DNA of 64,000 bases from assembly GCA_024704765.1 (NCBI GenBank), contig JAKMXF010000003.1:124001-188000 (forward strand), in the 5' to 3' direction. The notes below the pieces were generated by a model. It ran no database searches and was not told where the DNA came from. It saw only the letters and a list, made by a program, of their open reading frames with translations. Below are positions 11,995-26,500 of the stretch, in pieces. A program made the translations under genes and the position numbers. The first letter of the stretch is position 1. The number at the start of each line of letters is the position of its first letter. The stretch comes from Oopsacas minuta (lineage: Eukaryota; Animalia; Porifera).

Positions 11995-14556
11995 AATGAA
12001 AGAATAACAACCAGAATTGAGTACTAAAAATAGATGCAGGGCTCTAATACAAGAATAAAATTCAAACTCCATTTTATAACAAAGATATTTACAACGATTT
12101 TAGCCTCAAATCTATACAAAGACTATTAATATACTGTGAGAACTTAATGGATCATGGATGGTAATATAGTGATTCAATTTCAAATTCCTTATGTAATTTT
12201 CGTAACTAGTCTAGCGCAATATTATATAACAAGTTCAATTGTCATGTGGATCTCCATAGCAACCATCAGTATATGAAGGTATGTGTTTAATTATAAATTT
12301 GGATAGAGAGATGATGAAATATGGAAAAAGCAAGTTAAGGTTTTAGGAGAATGTTTGCACTTCTAAATTACATCTATTCAAAATCCCAACAATATCTTAC
12401 ACAATCAGAAATGTAAATGATTTGTATTAAACCGATAACCCCTCTGACTAGTTACCTCCCTCGCTAATGGGTGTAGCCAAATACCAACAGGGTAACAAGA
12501 ATCCTGGAGGCAAATTTGAAATCATGATTAATCATTTTTGGAACGGTGCTAAGAATTAATGAAAACCCCACTTCGGTTACAATTGCTTTCAAAGCGTATT
12601 TCCCAATATTATAAAAAGTATTTGGGGAAGTATAAATCAGTTAGCATGAGCATCCCTCCTGAATGCTTAGCACATATATTTCCTATACAAGTTAAGTTCG
12701 TTTGTATCATCATTGTGGGTCAAATCATTCCATTGAATTTTGATGAATTACAACAAGTACTGAGCTCAGTGTTCTTGTAAATACAATTGTAATAGCCACA
12801 AGGTTTACCTTAATACTTCCTAATGATATAGGGAAGTATAATATGATTCTCAGGGATATAAGCATATTATTATTCTAAAAAAATAGGTGTCAATTCGGGT
12901 CTTTGGGAGGCGGGGGGGGGGGGCAGTTTGGCACCTAACTTGGTATTAAGCCAGAGGAAACTAAAACTTCATTGGCTTCATGCGTATATAACATTCCAAT
13001 GTTGATGCCCGAAATTATATATCGCTGTTACTGACATTCATTTGTCCTCGCTTAGGGTGTTATGTGTTAATAGGTAATAATTGTCACCGATAAAGTGATG
13101 ATAATAATGTCCAAAAGTTATTTACAGGCATAAGTGGCAATATTCTCAGAAATGTCTTACCTTTGGAACTGGGTCTTCATTTTGTCTCCCTTTTTTACAA
13201 TAACACCAAAGTAAAGCCGCGATGATACATAGAGCAACTATAATCGCTATTCCGGTGGGTATTAATGAGTAGAAGTAGAGATCTGAATTTTCTAAAATGA
13301 TAAACCAAATGAATAACGAGCCTTACATTAGGTTACATTGGTATTCGCCTAATAGCAAGTTCATACAATAGTAAGGGAAATGTTGCTAATAGGTGAAGTC
13401 CACTGTATATAAGTTCCCCTTCTAAACGGGAGAACAGAGAGTTCGCTATTAGCTATTATCCTCTACCTCCTGGAAACTTGCTAAACATTGGCGAACACTC
13501 CTGTAGATCAATACAACGAAGATACTCATTGGAATGTGGGCGAACGCACGTGCGTGAATTGCGGACTCACTTTTATAATCACAATCCTCCAGTATACACC
13601 ATCTGATTAAAATCAAACTTGACAATATCTCACTCATTTCACTCATTCCGTAATACACAATTGACTAATTCTGTAATATAGTATTGAATTGTATACAAAC
13701 TGAAATAACATACTATCCCCAATCAAAGATCACTTATATACCTATACACAGCTAATGAGCTCTTTACTATTGAAAATTTAGTGAATCATATATTATTAGC
13801 GATAATTAATGGAAATTTGGCCAAAAATACGAATTCCAATTAATTAATATTAATATTAACTTACCAAAAGCATTCATTCGTAAGTATGAGTATCAATAGA
13901 CGAGTATTCAAGAGGTGAATAGGAAATCTAAGTAAGATTGAATAGCTACAAAGAAGGTTATATAAATATCAGAGGAAACAACGAGTATGAAACACCTCCT
14001 CGATGGTCACATGTGTGATCCTGCCTTGATAAATACAGCATTCTTAGCAAAGAAAATAGGGAAATAATATTTTCCAATACTTACTATATATTTATACATA
14101 ATACAAAACTGCTAGAGTGTAAATACATATTCATAAAATAGGATCTAGTGTCTAACCAGATCTGGAAAGTTCAGAAAGTGTCCTCGTATGCACTTACTGA
14201 ACGAAATATTGGGCTAGGGATGATCGTTTGTACCTAGCAATATCGTTAAAATTGTACATTTTGTCTTTATAAGCATTTTGAGCACCAAATTTGTAAGTTA
14301 TACAATCTAAGGAGCATCGTTGCCCCAGAATTTCTGTGGGGTATCCCCGTGGTTATATCACACTTCTACAAAGTACAAATGGAAGACGTGCCAAAGGGAA
14401 ACGAAGTCTATAAGTTCTCGTTACTGTGAGGATACCTGATGACCTAGTATTGTAAATATATATAATTCTGACATATAACAAATGAATCACTCAATAATTG
14501 ACCTAAATATGTAAGACTCAGTTACTATTTACTACAAAATGCACAATGAATATCTT

Positions 14557-17482
14557 TCAAATCCATCTAAGCTCTGTCATATCAATTACCTCAGATAATT
14601 CTCTACCCCCGATAGAGAATGAGAATTTAAGTTTCAATACAATTTCAATATCTTCCGGTTGTATAAGCAGGATTTGAGTTAGGACGGGACACGATTGGAA
14701 AGGAGTAAAGGGTAAAATTGATTGTAGAGATGGAGGGAATAATTTGAGCTTCGAATTCTTGGATGTTGCAGCGTGTAGGACAAATCGATCAATTCCAAAC
14801 GGACTTATATTTATCATGGAAATAATAGCTACTTTCAATTCAGGGGCGTTTAATATTGGTTCAATTAGTTTCCCAGTTGATAGAGTTAGTATAATATTAT
14901 CCTTGTTATATGCTAATACAGCAGGAATAGGGCAAAGCTGTATAGAATTGTTTGTAACTTCAACTGCGTCTAAATTATATGAACTAGGAATAGTTTGAAG
15001 TATTGGTTGGGGTAATTGGGGGTTTTGAATTAACGGAAGGTCAACTGATTTAGCGGATACCAAAGGATCTGGGGTCATTGAGAGAGGCATGGAATTGAAA
15101 GGACCAAAATCGTCCAGCAGCGAGGAAATATCCGAATTACCACTATGCTGTATTGGGATTGGACTAGGCTGTATTGGGATTGGATTAGGTTGTATTGGGA
15201 TTGGATTAGGCTGTATTGGGATTGGATTAGGTTGTATCGGGATAGGAGTAGGAACGGTAGAGCTAAGATCTAAGTCAATTAATGAATCCAGAAGAGAGTC
15301 GGTAGTAATATTAACTTGCGGTTGTATAACCGCAGTAGGAGGTGAAGATATAAGAGGGGGAATATCTTGACTATTCACTTGTCTTGTTTGATTTATATTA
15401 GCCATTACGGTCTCATACTTATCCAACACTTTAACTAGACCATCACTGCTAGTACATAGCTTGTTAAGTAGTACATCATCGTCTGTACATTGCTCTGCTA
15501 TTTTTTGGAGCTTTTCTCTCATTGTTACACATGATCTATAAGAATACAAATTATAATACAGTGGATACCTGTTATAAGAACATGCCGGATATAAGCACCA
15601 TCCTCTCGAAATCTGTTCTCATATATTCCTGTATATTTATACCGGTTATAAGGACATGTATTGCTACTCCGAAGGATGTTCTTATAACCGGTATTTTTCA
15701 ACATCACAGATGCCCGTTAGGAAAGGGGAGTTAGCGAATAGATCCATATCTAGAATGCTACGATTCATGGTATGTTATGTCCCCCGTCCGAGGGTGCTAA
15801 AATATGAATAAACATCTAGACAACTATTTGATACAATAGTTATTTAATAATCAAATAACCCAAAGAAATAGTTCAGACAATATAGCGCTGATATTTAAAC
15901 CACCAGACTTCTAATTTCTAATTATAATTCACTATTTGTAATGTGGTAGAATACTGACTCGGCGTTGCAGCATTGAGTCTACAAATTATAAATATTAATT
16001 ACATGTCTGCGGGTGTTAGTTTCAATGAATTTATACACGCAAGTAATCAGATGATGTAAATGGAAATTATCTACAAATAATCACAATTATTCGGCAAATA
16101 TCGAAGAGAATACGTTCGCTATTTTCTGTTTCAGGTGGATGTGAAATAAGTTTCCCCGGAGATGATTACGTGTATTTGGTATGTTCGGCATCCGCAGCCG
16201 CAGGACTATGAAATTGTAAATACAGTCAACTCCCGTTATACCGGAGCTCAAGGGACCGCGATAATTAGTTCGATAACCGATGTGATATATGTTACTTTGA
16301 CTAATTCCAGGCTTCGATATATCCGTGTTCGTTATAACAGGAGTGGACTGTAATTGAATTTTCCCTCACTTTTTCAGTTCTTCGATTAAGTCCCTCTCAG
16401 GCTGAGATGAGTTGAGTGAGAAGTGTCCTAATAGTTCATCCAATAGTTTAGCATTATTGTCTACTAGGTCAAGCTCCCTAGAGCGGTGCTGTAACTTCTC
16501 TAGCTTTATGTTCTCTCGCTTATATCTGTCCTGAATCATCTCGTTAGCTCTAACGAAATCTGTTCAAACAGGAATTTATCAAATAAATACTCGTGAGAAA
16601 TAGAACAACTATTTTGGGGACAATTCAACAGGAAATACAGTGGATACCACCCGGAACATGCCAGTTACAAGAACTCACTTGAGAGTAGCAATGCATATTC
16701 GTATAACCGGTATAAATATACAGGAATATATTAGAACCATTCTCCAGAGGATGGTGCTTAAACCGGCATGTTTTTATAACCGACATCCAATTTATTTAGA
16801 CCGATAAATACAAGACACCCAGGGTGTAGTGACTCCCTACTGTCTTTGGTTGCCCCCTATGTGTCTTACAACCCCTAGAATGCCTGTAAATCTTGTCACC
16901 TAATATAGAATATTTGAATATACCTTGTGGGTTTTTAGACTTGAGTAATCTCTCAAGAGTCTCAATCTCTCTCTCATCTTTGATAATTGAATCTCTAGCC
17001 GGCTCATCTAAAACTTGAGGAGGTGGAGCATCAGGTAGATTCCCTTCATCATCAATTAACCCCTCTTTCTTCAACATCTCATACGCGTCAAGGATTTTCC
17101 CTTGCTTAGGTAGTCCTCTCCTCCATTGAAAGAATAGCCCCCTTACTTTACCCTTAAGTTGTTCCGAGCTATTACTAGCGCTGTATTTTGGGGATATTAG
17201 CTTAATAAGCTCGTTCAATAGCTTAAACTTACCGACTTCATTATGAAACTTCACCCCACAATTCTTCACACAGGCCTCGATTACAGCTAGAGCCAATAAC
17301 TGAGTCTCTTCATCCTCCGATCGAAGTTTTGTTACGAGGACTTTTATCGCAGCTTGTGGACCCTCTGGCTCCTCATTGACTCTCTCACAGAATGACATCA
17401 CAAATTCCCAATCCTGAAATCTATTTGTTGTATTTTTGGCTTTGTTGAAGATAGAATCGAATCCATCATCCTTGGTTACCAT
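14557..17482 (-). CDS. GGA1: GGA clathrin adaptor (VHS-GAT-hinge-GAE), 3 exons
   Basis: Exons 17482-16924, 16559-16370 and 15535-14557 total 576 codons. VHS (QDWEFVMSFCERVNEEPEGPQ...CVKNCG...EVGKFKLLNELIKLISPKY), GAT (DFVRANEMI), clathrin box LIDLD and a C-terminal gamma-ear domain. Equally GGA1/2/3-like. Confidence 0.9.
15150..15246 (-). repeat. 21-nt tandem repeat encoding PIPIQP(N/S) about 5 times in the GGA hinge
   Basis: Repeated ctgtattgggattggattagg units in the coding exon. Confidence 0.9.
15559..15694. mobile_element. MITE family A, in GGA intron
   Basis: TA|CAGTGGATACCTGTTATAAGAACATG...TGTTCTTATAACCGGTA. Confidence 0.75.
16223..16350. mobile_element. MITE family B, in GGA intron
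   Basis: TA|CAGTCAACTCCCGTTATACC...GTTATAACAGGAGTGGACTG|TA. Confidence 0.85.
16638..16790. mobile_element. MITE family A, in GGA intron 1
   Basis: TA|CAGTGGATACC...TTTTTATAACCGACATCC; core in the opposite orientation to the 15559 copy. Confidence 0.7.
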
Positions 17483-17781
17483 GTTGGTGTATTGCTATGT
17501 TATTCTAATATTATATCAGTATATTTGATTATTAATAGTTGCCTCCAGTCCGGACTGAAGCAGGAAGTTGGTAAGAAACTTTACCCGAGGTATGATAGGG
17601 ACCATACTGATAATTCTGATTTCCTAGCCTCAGTCTGGACTGGACAACAGGTAACAAGCGACCCCAAGGATTAGTAAACTCAAAATGGAATAGAAAATTC
17701 AATTGAATAAACCACGAATAAATACGTTACTAATCGTACTAGCTATACCTACTGGGAGTTTTATGTAAGAGCTCTTTTGTA

Positions 17782-18621
17782 TTAAGCGAATCCTATAAGA
17801 GTATTTTCTATTATAATTACAGGAAAATATTTTCCACAGTGAAACCACAGCAAACAGGGAACTTCTGCAAATGGAGTGGAAAATAAACAGAGCGAATTCC
17901 TAGCCCGGTTGTCCCATACAAATGAACCCTCACAAACTGGGAATTTGGCAGAAACGTGGTTGCATTTTTCCGTTAGTGGCGGTCACACTGTATTTCACTG
18001 AATTTACCTTGGTCCATTTTACACTGCTTAAACATATAGTTAAGCCCCTCACAGAATTTGAGATCACTACTAGTCTGTGTACACTTGATGAAGTCTTCTA
18101 GCTCTTTAGCACAAGGTACTGCTCCTGCTTGTTGTTGAGTAGGTTGACTTATTTGTTGTTGATCCCTATAGAATAATAACAAATATTTACATAACTAATT
18201 TGTAATGAGAATAATCAGCGTACTTACATATAACCCTGTGAAGGAGCTGCTTGTTGTACTTCCTCTCCACTTCCTCCTCCACCCAATGATCCCACTAGTG
18301 CATGCCCTACTGTATGTCCCTATAATATTATCACAAACATGAATATGCGCTATACCTTTAGAGCTATTAATTATCAAAGTTGTCGGTTAGATGGCATACG
18401 ATACAACTTACAATTGCTACTCCAGCAGCAGTAGTAGCTATTTGTGACATCATGCTAGGTTGAGTTGGAGCGACTGCAGGAACTTGTGGTTTCATAGGGA
18501 CAGGCGGTGCGGCACTGGGAGCAGTGCTAATGGGACGAGACGTACCTCCGAAACCTCTACTAGGGGAGGGACTAGATTTAGGAGCCCCCATTCCAAAACC
18601 ACCACCACGTCTGCGAGGCAT
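17782..18621 (-). CDS. CHCHD2: CHCHD2/CHCHD10 (Mix17) mitochondrial twin-CX9C protein, 4 exons
   Basis: MPRRR...PSMMSQIATTAAGVAI/GHTVGHAL helix and CAKELEDFIKCTQTSSDLKFCEGLNYMFKQC; the last mini-exon, about 17792-17782, encodes GFA*. Confidence 0.9.
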
Positions 18622-19125
18622 ATCTCAGCTAATTAACTAATTGAACTACATAAGTATTCGCTATAAATAGAAACAAATGGCTGAGAGGTGATAACTATAA
18701 GTAATGACGGAAAAGCCCCCGCTCCTGCTTCTATTAGTGCTACTTACATGACGCATTACATAGCAAATTCTTGTGATTAATGTTGGTGTATAAATTATCT
18801 AATTATGCCTGGTGTCAATTCACTCCTGTTTGGACCGGGTTTGCCCCCCCGCTTGTCCATTGGACAGCACTATCATATATGAATTGCTCTGAATAATAAA
18901 ATTACCCTTAATTAGTTATAAGGAATGCCCGATGTATAAACGATAGATCTTTCTCATCAATCCTCCAAATAATTCTCCAGATCCAGCACTTCAATATATT
19001 TCCTGTAATCTGCCCTTTATAATAGTTATACAGGACTGAATGTCCGAATTATTTATCGCAACAGTTTACATAACAAAATAATAATAGTTTAATATCAATC
19101 AAAGTTTACAAATTTCTAAGAAAGT

Positions 19126-20841
19126 TCATAGCTCAGGATTAGCAGCTAACATAGTCAAGCCCCATCTCAAATCTGTAAGCATAAACTTCAAAGATTTTGT
19201 CCAATGCTCATCAGAGTTCAATTGTCTCCGTATCGAATAAAAACCTGACTCTTCACTGCCAATTTTATCACCCTCGATTTTGTAGGGGAGTGTCATTTGT
19301 TGGTCTCTACTCTCTAACGCGCATTTAAATTGATTGACACAGTTCAGGAATGCGACTAAACCATTATCAAACCGCGTATCAGCGAATATCCGAAGAGACC
19401 CCGAGCTGTGTAAGGGAAGCTCCCGTTTATTAGCGATATCCTCTACATACGAATGGTTCCCATAAGGAACAGGCCGATAGTTCGTGAACTGGACATGAGA
19501 CTTCTTCCCCAGACAATGCAGTAACAACACAGCTTGACCTAGCCCAGCATTAATCTCATTCCAATCCACTGATACACTAGGTAGCCTGCCAAGCCTAAAC
19601 CCATTTATCGTACCGAAGTGTCCGTTGTGCCAAATATGAAAGGCACTGTTTAATACGTTAGTTTTCTTGAGTTTACTTAACTGTGCTGTGACGTAGTGTA
19701 GCTGGTTACCTACACTCTGTTCCTCATCTTGGAATTGGAGATGTTGCTTCAAGAATTCATTGAAGTCTTTCCAGTATATTTTCTCTTTTTCGTCAATTGC
19801 TTTTTGCAATGTCTCTTGGAGTTTTATCTCTTCCTAAACAAATTTATTTCATTTTCGTTATAATTGGAGTTTACTGTACTTACACAAGTATTACGAATTC
19901 AGGTTCCTACACCATACCTCTATTTGTATTCTCTCTTCCTCCAGAGCAGCTATCTGTCTCTTAAGCTCTCTTTCTTCCTGTCTACACCCTCTCAATTGTT
20001 CATCTAGGTTATTATCCTTCTGTTTCTCCTCACTGAGAGACCTTAAGTAACCTTCATACGATTTATTCTCATCTTCAGATTGTCTGAGTGTAGCCTCAAG
20101 ATCTTCTATCAAAGTCTTAGCACAATCCTCGCATAGAGGATGATCTATTCTAGAGTTCTTGCTTAATATATCAAACAGCTGGGAAGCAGCTGGGAATTGA
20201 GATGGTGGGAAAGGAATGTTTGCATTAGTATTGGAGAGAGAAGAGCAGATTACTCGTCGTTCTATCTTTGGATTAGGAATAGATTCTTCTTCCACTGATT
20301 CACTCTATATAAGGTTACGTTAGTATAATTCTACTATATAACATGTACTAATCTTTAAGGCTATGTTAATGACAAACTTGTTTCAGCTCCACATGGTATC
20401 ATCTGAGCATTCGGGCGGGAGGCATCTCATATCTCATTATTTTTGGAGTTATCACTTACGAAGTTGCAAGTAATAGAAATATCTCGATGACTTTCTTCGA
20501 ATATAAATCACTACTATTCCCTCGTGAGTTATTAAATATATTTCGTATTTGAATTTCATCGATAAAATGGTGAAATATTGAAAATATTCATGTGACAGGT
20601 AAACTTGATGCGGGCGGTGGAGCTGAAACAAGTTTTTCCAACTAACAGTGTCCTAACTAACAATATCAATGAGTGTCTCTGTAATATTACTGATGCCTCC
20701 TAGATCAGATGTATCTATAGCTCCAGTTAATGTATTGTCCAGTGAGATTAGTTTTTGACAAGATTGACATAGATACATACAGGGATCTGTTTGATGAGAT
20801 GGGACAGCTGATTGTTTGGATACGAGAGGAAAAGTAGCCAT
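19126..20841 (-). CDS. BECN1: Beclin-1 (Atg6), multi-exon
   Basis: IDHPLCEDCA, a coiled coil, FHIWHNGHFGTINGFRLGRLPSVSVDWNEINAGLGQ and QLNSDEHWTKSLKFMLTDLRW. Confidence 0.95.
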
Positions 20842-21174
20842 TAAATAACAAATTCTACTAAAATTGATTCCTCAGAAAAAACATATATACAAATGTGTGA
20901 AAACGTTTTTACAGTATAACATATGACATACACAAATGGGGTGTCAGGGACGCCCAAAAATGTTACCCCGTTTGTGGAGATTACATTGTATAATTGTTGA
21001 TACATTATTACTACGTCCAGAGGCGAAATGCGGGTAAATCTGGTGGCTGAGATGGCACAATTTGTAAGGCAAGTTCTCAAAAATTGTAATCCAAGAGACA
21101 TATAATACCTCAAGTAGAACATTGAATTAATAGTTTGTGATTAGAATTAATATATTACACTCAGCAGTAAATTC

Positions 21175-23432
21175 TCAATATCTTGATTTCTTACTGTCCG
21201 AATCTTTATCCATTGTTACTCCGGAACGTTTTACTCGTTGTAGAAATTTGTTAATATCAAATGGATCTTGTTCCTTTGCAAATTGGACAGGACCAGTTGG
21301 CCTCGCCCCTTCCGTGTCTGCTCCTGAGAAGGGTTTATCCGCTTCAAATCTCTTTCCCATACCTCTATGACCATCTTCGTCCCCGTAAATATCCTGATCC
21401 AAGTCTTTACGGGGGCGATAGATCTTCTCTGCCATGGACCCTCCTTGTCGGAACGGCTGATCGTACACGTTATAGGAATCATCCTCAAATTCATAGCCAG
21501 AACTAACACCCTTGTTTTGATTGAATAATCTCTGATCAAACAAACTCTCCTGTCCTGCTGTTTTAGCTGGCATCCCTAAAGCAATCTTTTCAGAGATGTC
21601 ACGGTCCTTCCCACGATCCGGTTTCCCTTTCTTGTCTCCTCCGACTTTGCTTAGCCTCTTCTGACGTTCCCTTTCCTTGTGACGCTCGTACTTTATCTCC
21701 TCTCTCTCCATCACTTCTTCTTGTTCCTGTTCATCTGCTGGAGCAGTTCGGATACCCACTCGCCTAGACGGAAGTTGTAATTAATGCAAATATAGGAAAT
21801 AGAATGATAGTTGTTTTCCATTGTTTGTGAGTTAATTACTAAATTCAATAACGAATTAAGCGAATTTCGCCTAGAATTATCCTCCGATTCATTACTCACT
21901 TATCTCTAGCTAGTTTAGCTATCCTCTCTAAATCTTTCTCTCTCTTAGCATTCAATTTCTCCTCATATTTCTTCTCGATCTGATATCTCATCTCAATAGC
22001 TTGTCTAGCCTTCCTATCTGCTGCGTATAATGATTGAGACAGTTTAGCAAAGTTATCGTTAATGAGAGGGTCTTGTAATCCCCTTCCGTCTGCAGCTAGA
22101 CGCTTGTCTAATGGGACTGTGAAGCCTCGAGGATTTGTCCAGTTTGATATCGACGGAGGAATCTTCCAATCTTGTTGCTCCTTTGCTGTCACCTAATTTG
22201 ACAATAGAAATGATACAATAAACATCCATAAACAGGGGCATGAGGAAACGGAATGAAAATAATTTACTGTATTATATTTCAGTGGCTATATTTAGATTAC
22301 CTTTCTATTAGGGGAGTGTAGTACCGGAACAGGGGGTGAGGGAGGGCCTCTTGGTATTTTCTTGTTGATAGTAAACCTCGGGGGCTCCATAGGATCCTTT
22401 TGTACCTCCACCATATGGATAAGTCTCTGGTTACAACCTGAATTGAATTGTTCCCCTTGCAGAGCTGGTGTGTAACGGATGTACTCAACTGGCGCCCGTT
22501 TTTCAGCAGCTTTTGCTGGGAGAGCAGCTGATATTTTAGTTTGTATGATTTTCTCTAAAGCTAGTCGGGTTTCTTCAGTCGTCTTATCCACCTGTTCTTG
22601 ATCAGGACGAGCTAGTTCTGGGTTATTCCTGCTGATGGGGAGAGCATCTTGAGGCTTTGTGTGTAATACCTATAGTATAGCGAGATTATGAAATGTGGAC
22701 TCTATTTCTCAGCCAAATATCTGAATCGAGCATTCAATTGATTCGCTGAGTAGGATAATTGAGTGAGAAATACAATAATACAGGTTACCCCCATGTATGT
22801 CCAGACATCCTATGGCCTTTTCAATCTTATGTCTAGGAGGAATTACATACTATACAATAATACATTAGCTTAAATAGACATGGGGTAAACACATCTCAGC
22901 CCTTAATATAGTGAAACCAGCATAAACCAAACACTCGTTGAGACATGAAAATTTTGTCTGTTTTGCAAATTGTCGGAAGCTATTTCAGATCAGAAACACT
23001 GTTGAATTGTCTATGCAGGTTCCACAATATTAAAAGTCTACATCTGTATGTAATATTATAGCTTGCAACTGAATCTATTCCCAGTTGATATTAGTAACTA
23101 ACTCAACTAACTTTATCCTTTCTCTGTCCTTGATACACAACAGCATCATACTTTATGTGTCCATCTTTATCCATCTGTAACGGTATAACACTTCTGTTAC
23201 CAGACCCAGGGGTCTTCCTACCCATGTTCATGGGGTATTGAGCGACTGGGATCTCTGGAAATGCGCCTCCATCCCCGAAATCCTCCAGGCACCGCGGGAT
23301 CCAGCCCTTCCGTGCACCGTAAACAGGAGGACCCTGTTTAGCTACTGCTTGAATAGTATAGTCGTTGCTACGATACGAAGGTGGCTCTTGGAATGTTTGT
23401 ACAGGAGCTGGTAGTATATTTGGTAGTGACAT
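21175..23432 (-). CDS. SNW1: SNW domain protein / SKIP / Prp45, 4 exons
   Basis: PPVYGARKGWIPR..DFGDGGAFPEI, EVQKDPMEPPRF, WKIPPSISNWTNPRG..LDKRLAADGRGL and EKIALG...LFDQRLFNQ. Start ATG at 23432 (MSLPNILPAP). Confidence 0.95.
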
Positions 23433-23559
23433 GTTGCTAGGCATTTGCACATAAATATTTAAATAATTATGTAACGAAAATTATAAGATAAGACTTAAAC
23501 TACACAATCAACTTCAATAGGAAATCACTACACAATACTCTAGTATGTTTTTACGTTGG

Positions 23560-26500
23560 CTAGCTTGTTAGATCTTTGTTCTTCTGTAATATTACGAATC
23601 CTTCTAGAAGAGGAGTTATGGGTATATCTAGAAATGAATATATCCCTCATAAAATTTCGCGGAGATATATTGGCCTCAAAATATTATACTTGCTCATATT
23701 AACTGCCTAGTTAATAAATATTGAATTTCTCTAAGAATATAGCTTACATTCATTCGTAGCTAACTCAGCTCTCTCCCCATAAGATAACAATACAGGAGTA
23801 GAATGAGTCTGAAACCCTGTTATAGTCTTTGGCTTTCCTGCTTGTCCTACTACATCTACTGCTTGACCTACACGTACACTCACAGACAGAGGCTTGAGGT
23901 CTGTATCTAGTGTTACCAGCATACGAGGCTGTATTGCTAAGGCTATGCAGTAGAGAAGGTAGCAAGGGTTGGAGTGCCCGATTAATACTAAACAAATTCA
24001 CAAGTAAACTGGAGCAACTTTTCTATAGCAGCCACAGGAACATGCTAAGTTATTGTCTCACCCCTTCTACATTCCAAATATCAACTCAGGTAACTAGGGA
24101 TTTAATTTATCTTTGGAACGTCAAGGGTGCTAATTGACACCCCCAGACCCAGGAAGTACAACACTTACTATTTTTAACATCCATAGCAGCTACCAATACA
24201 GTCACCAGACTACCGACAGCAACAGGAGTAAACAATCCTCTGTCAGAATGATAAGGATTTAGTGTAAGGGTACCTTTACCGAGATGTATTAGACCTTGTG
24301 CTAGTCTTACTATATAGAGATTATTACTATCCTTCTGGTAATAAGTAGCTAGTTGTTTTAGCATGTTAACTAGCCTCGAGTTGTTAGTCCCTAATAAATA
24401 TATATATATGGAATAGATGGAACAATGAAACCTCCACAAACTGTTTGTCCCGTATTGACCCTTTTAATTATAGTTTATTGTATTACAACAATACTCTTAC
24501 CAGCTCCAACAATCCCCATTGCTAGTATAGCATTGTGTGCTGTCTCAGCATCATTATCATGTGATAGCTTAGATAGAGCATCAAGTACAGGAAGCTGTGG
24601 ATTAGAGGCTGATATGAGGGCTAATGCTAGAGGTACTGATCTCTTTATTACGCTATCTCCATACTGCAACTATAATATATACAGAATTAAGTCAGTCAAC
24701 TCCCGGTATATCTAACACGGATATATAGAAATACCCGCTTATGTCTGAGCCTTAAATTGTCCAAATATGGTCACAAACAGCTGAAGTACCATATATTCCA
24801 TAGGTTATATCGAGTAATTATCGCGGGTACTTGAGCTTCGATATAACGAGAGTAGACTGTACGTATGTGAATTCACATAACACTTAATAATCAAGTACAA
24901 TAAATAGAATGACATACACAGATTATCACGAATATTTTCCATGTTTACAACTCATATAATGCCATTAAAACTACTCACAACATATCGCTATAGACTGCTA
25001 TTACAACATACATACAGACATAACCATATGCTACAGGTGAGAAATGTCGCTAACAATGAGAATAAACTTGTAGGCTGTAGTGACCTTACAAACATGAGGA
25101 ATATCGGGATACTAGCACACATCGACGCGGGTAAAACAAGCACAACAGAATGCATGCTGTTCCACGCGGGTGTTGTGAAGAAAATAGGCCGGATAGATGA
25201 CGGGGACACTCGTATGGATTTCATGAAACAGGAACGAGAGAGAGGGATAACTATAAATGCGGCGAACATCGCTTTCAACTGGTTAAATCGGACAGTTAAT
25301 TTGATCGATACACCAGGCCATGTTGATTTTAACTTTGAAGTAGAAAGATGTTTGCATGTGTTGGACAGTGCGGTGCTAGTGCTAGACGGGACCGAGGGTG
25401 TACAACCACAGACTATATCCATCAACAAACAAATGACAGAATGGACACTACCTAGACTAATATATACAAACAAAATGGACAGAAAAAACGCAGACTTCGA
25501 TCGTTCAATAAAAGCACTTAGAAAAGAATTGGAAGTTAATCCGGTTGTATATACACGACCGGTTTATATCAATGGAATGTTCAGAGGTGTTGTTGACCTA
25601 ATTTCAATGATTGTAAGGATTCACACAAAAAATAATATACAATGTTTCCCTGTAAACGGAGAGAATGGAGGGTTTAATGAACAGCTGATCGAGATGGGAG
25701 TAAATCGTGAAAACTTGGAAATAATAATCCATTCAAGAACCAAATTGATTGAAGAGTTAGTCAGTTTTGATGAGAATTTGTTAGAAGAATATTTCGAAGG
25801 CAAAACACCGTCACCAGAAAATCTCAAACGTCTACTAAGATCTTGCTGTGTAAATCAACAGGTCTCCCCTGTGCTATGTGGTAGTGCAGTAACCAACATA
25901 GGAATAGACTTGTTGCTAAACGCAATCGTTGAATATCTTCCCTCACCGCTAGATAGGATTGAAAGTCATTTCCCAGTCAATTTCCACCATGATGCAAATT
26001 CCCCGTTGATAGCTTATGCATTTAAAGTAATACAAGATAGAAACAGAGGCTCACTCGTGTATCTACGTGTATATTCAGGGGTGTTAAAATCTCATTCACA
26101 CATTTATAGACTAGGGGATAGAGGCAGTGAGAAGATTAATCGTTTATTGCTCAGTCAAGCCGGGGATTTGAAAGAAATCCGCGCAGTAGGACCTGGAAAT
26201 ATCGGCGTGGCAGTTGGCCTGAAGGAGACACAAACAGGTGACGTCATCACGAGTGACGAAACTATTCTAACAGAAATAACTAAACAAATAGAAACGGCGA
26301 ATGATTGTGTTACAAAACGAACTGCAAGCCCCAGTCAAACCTGGCTTACTAATTTAATAAAGCTTAACGTGCCTGATGCAGTATTCTACTGTACACTATA
26401 TGTAGACAGTAAGGAGGAAGAGAGAGAGCTAGTGAAAGCCCTGAACCAGCTGACTACAGAGGATCCCAGTCTTAGATACAAGATAGATCCGAATAATGAG

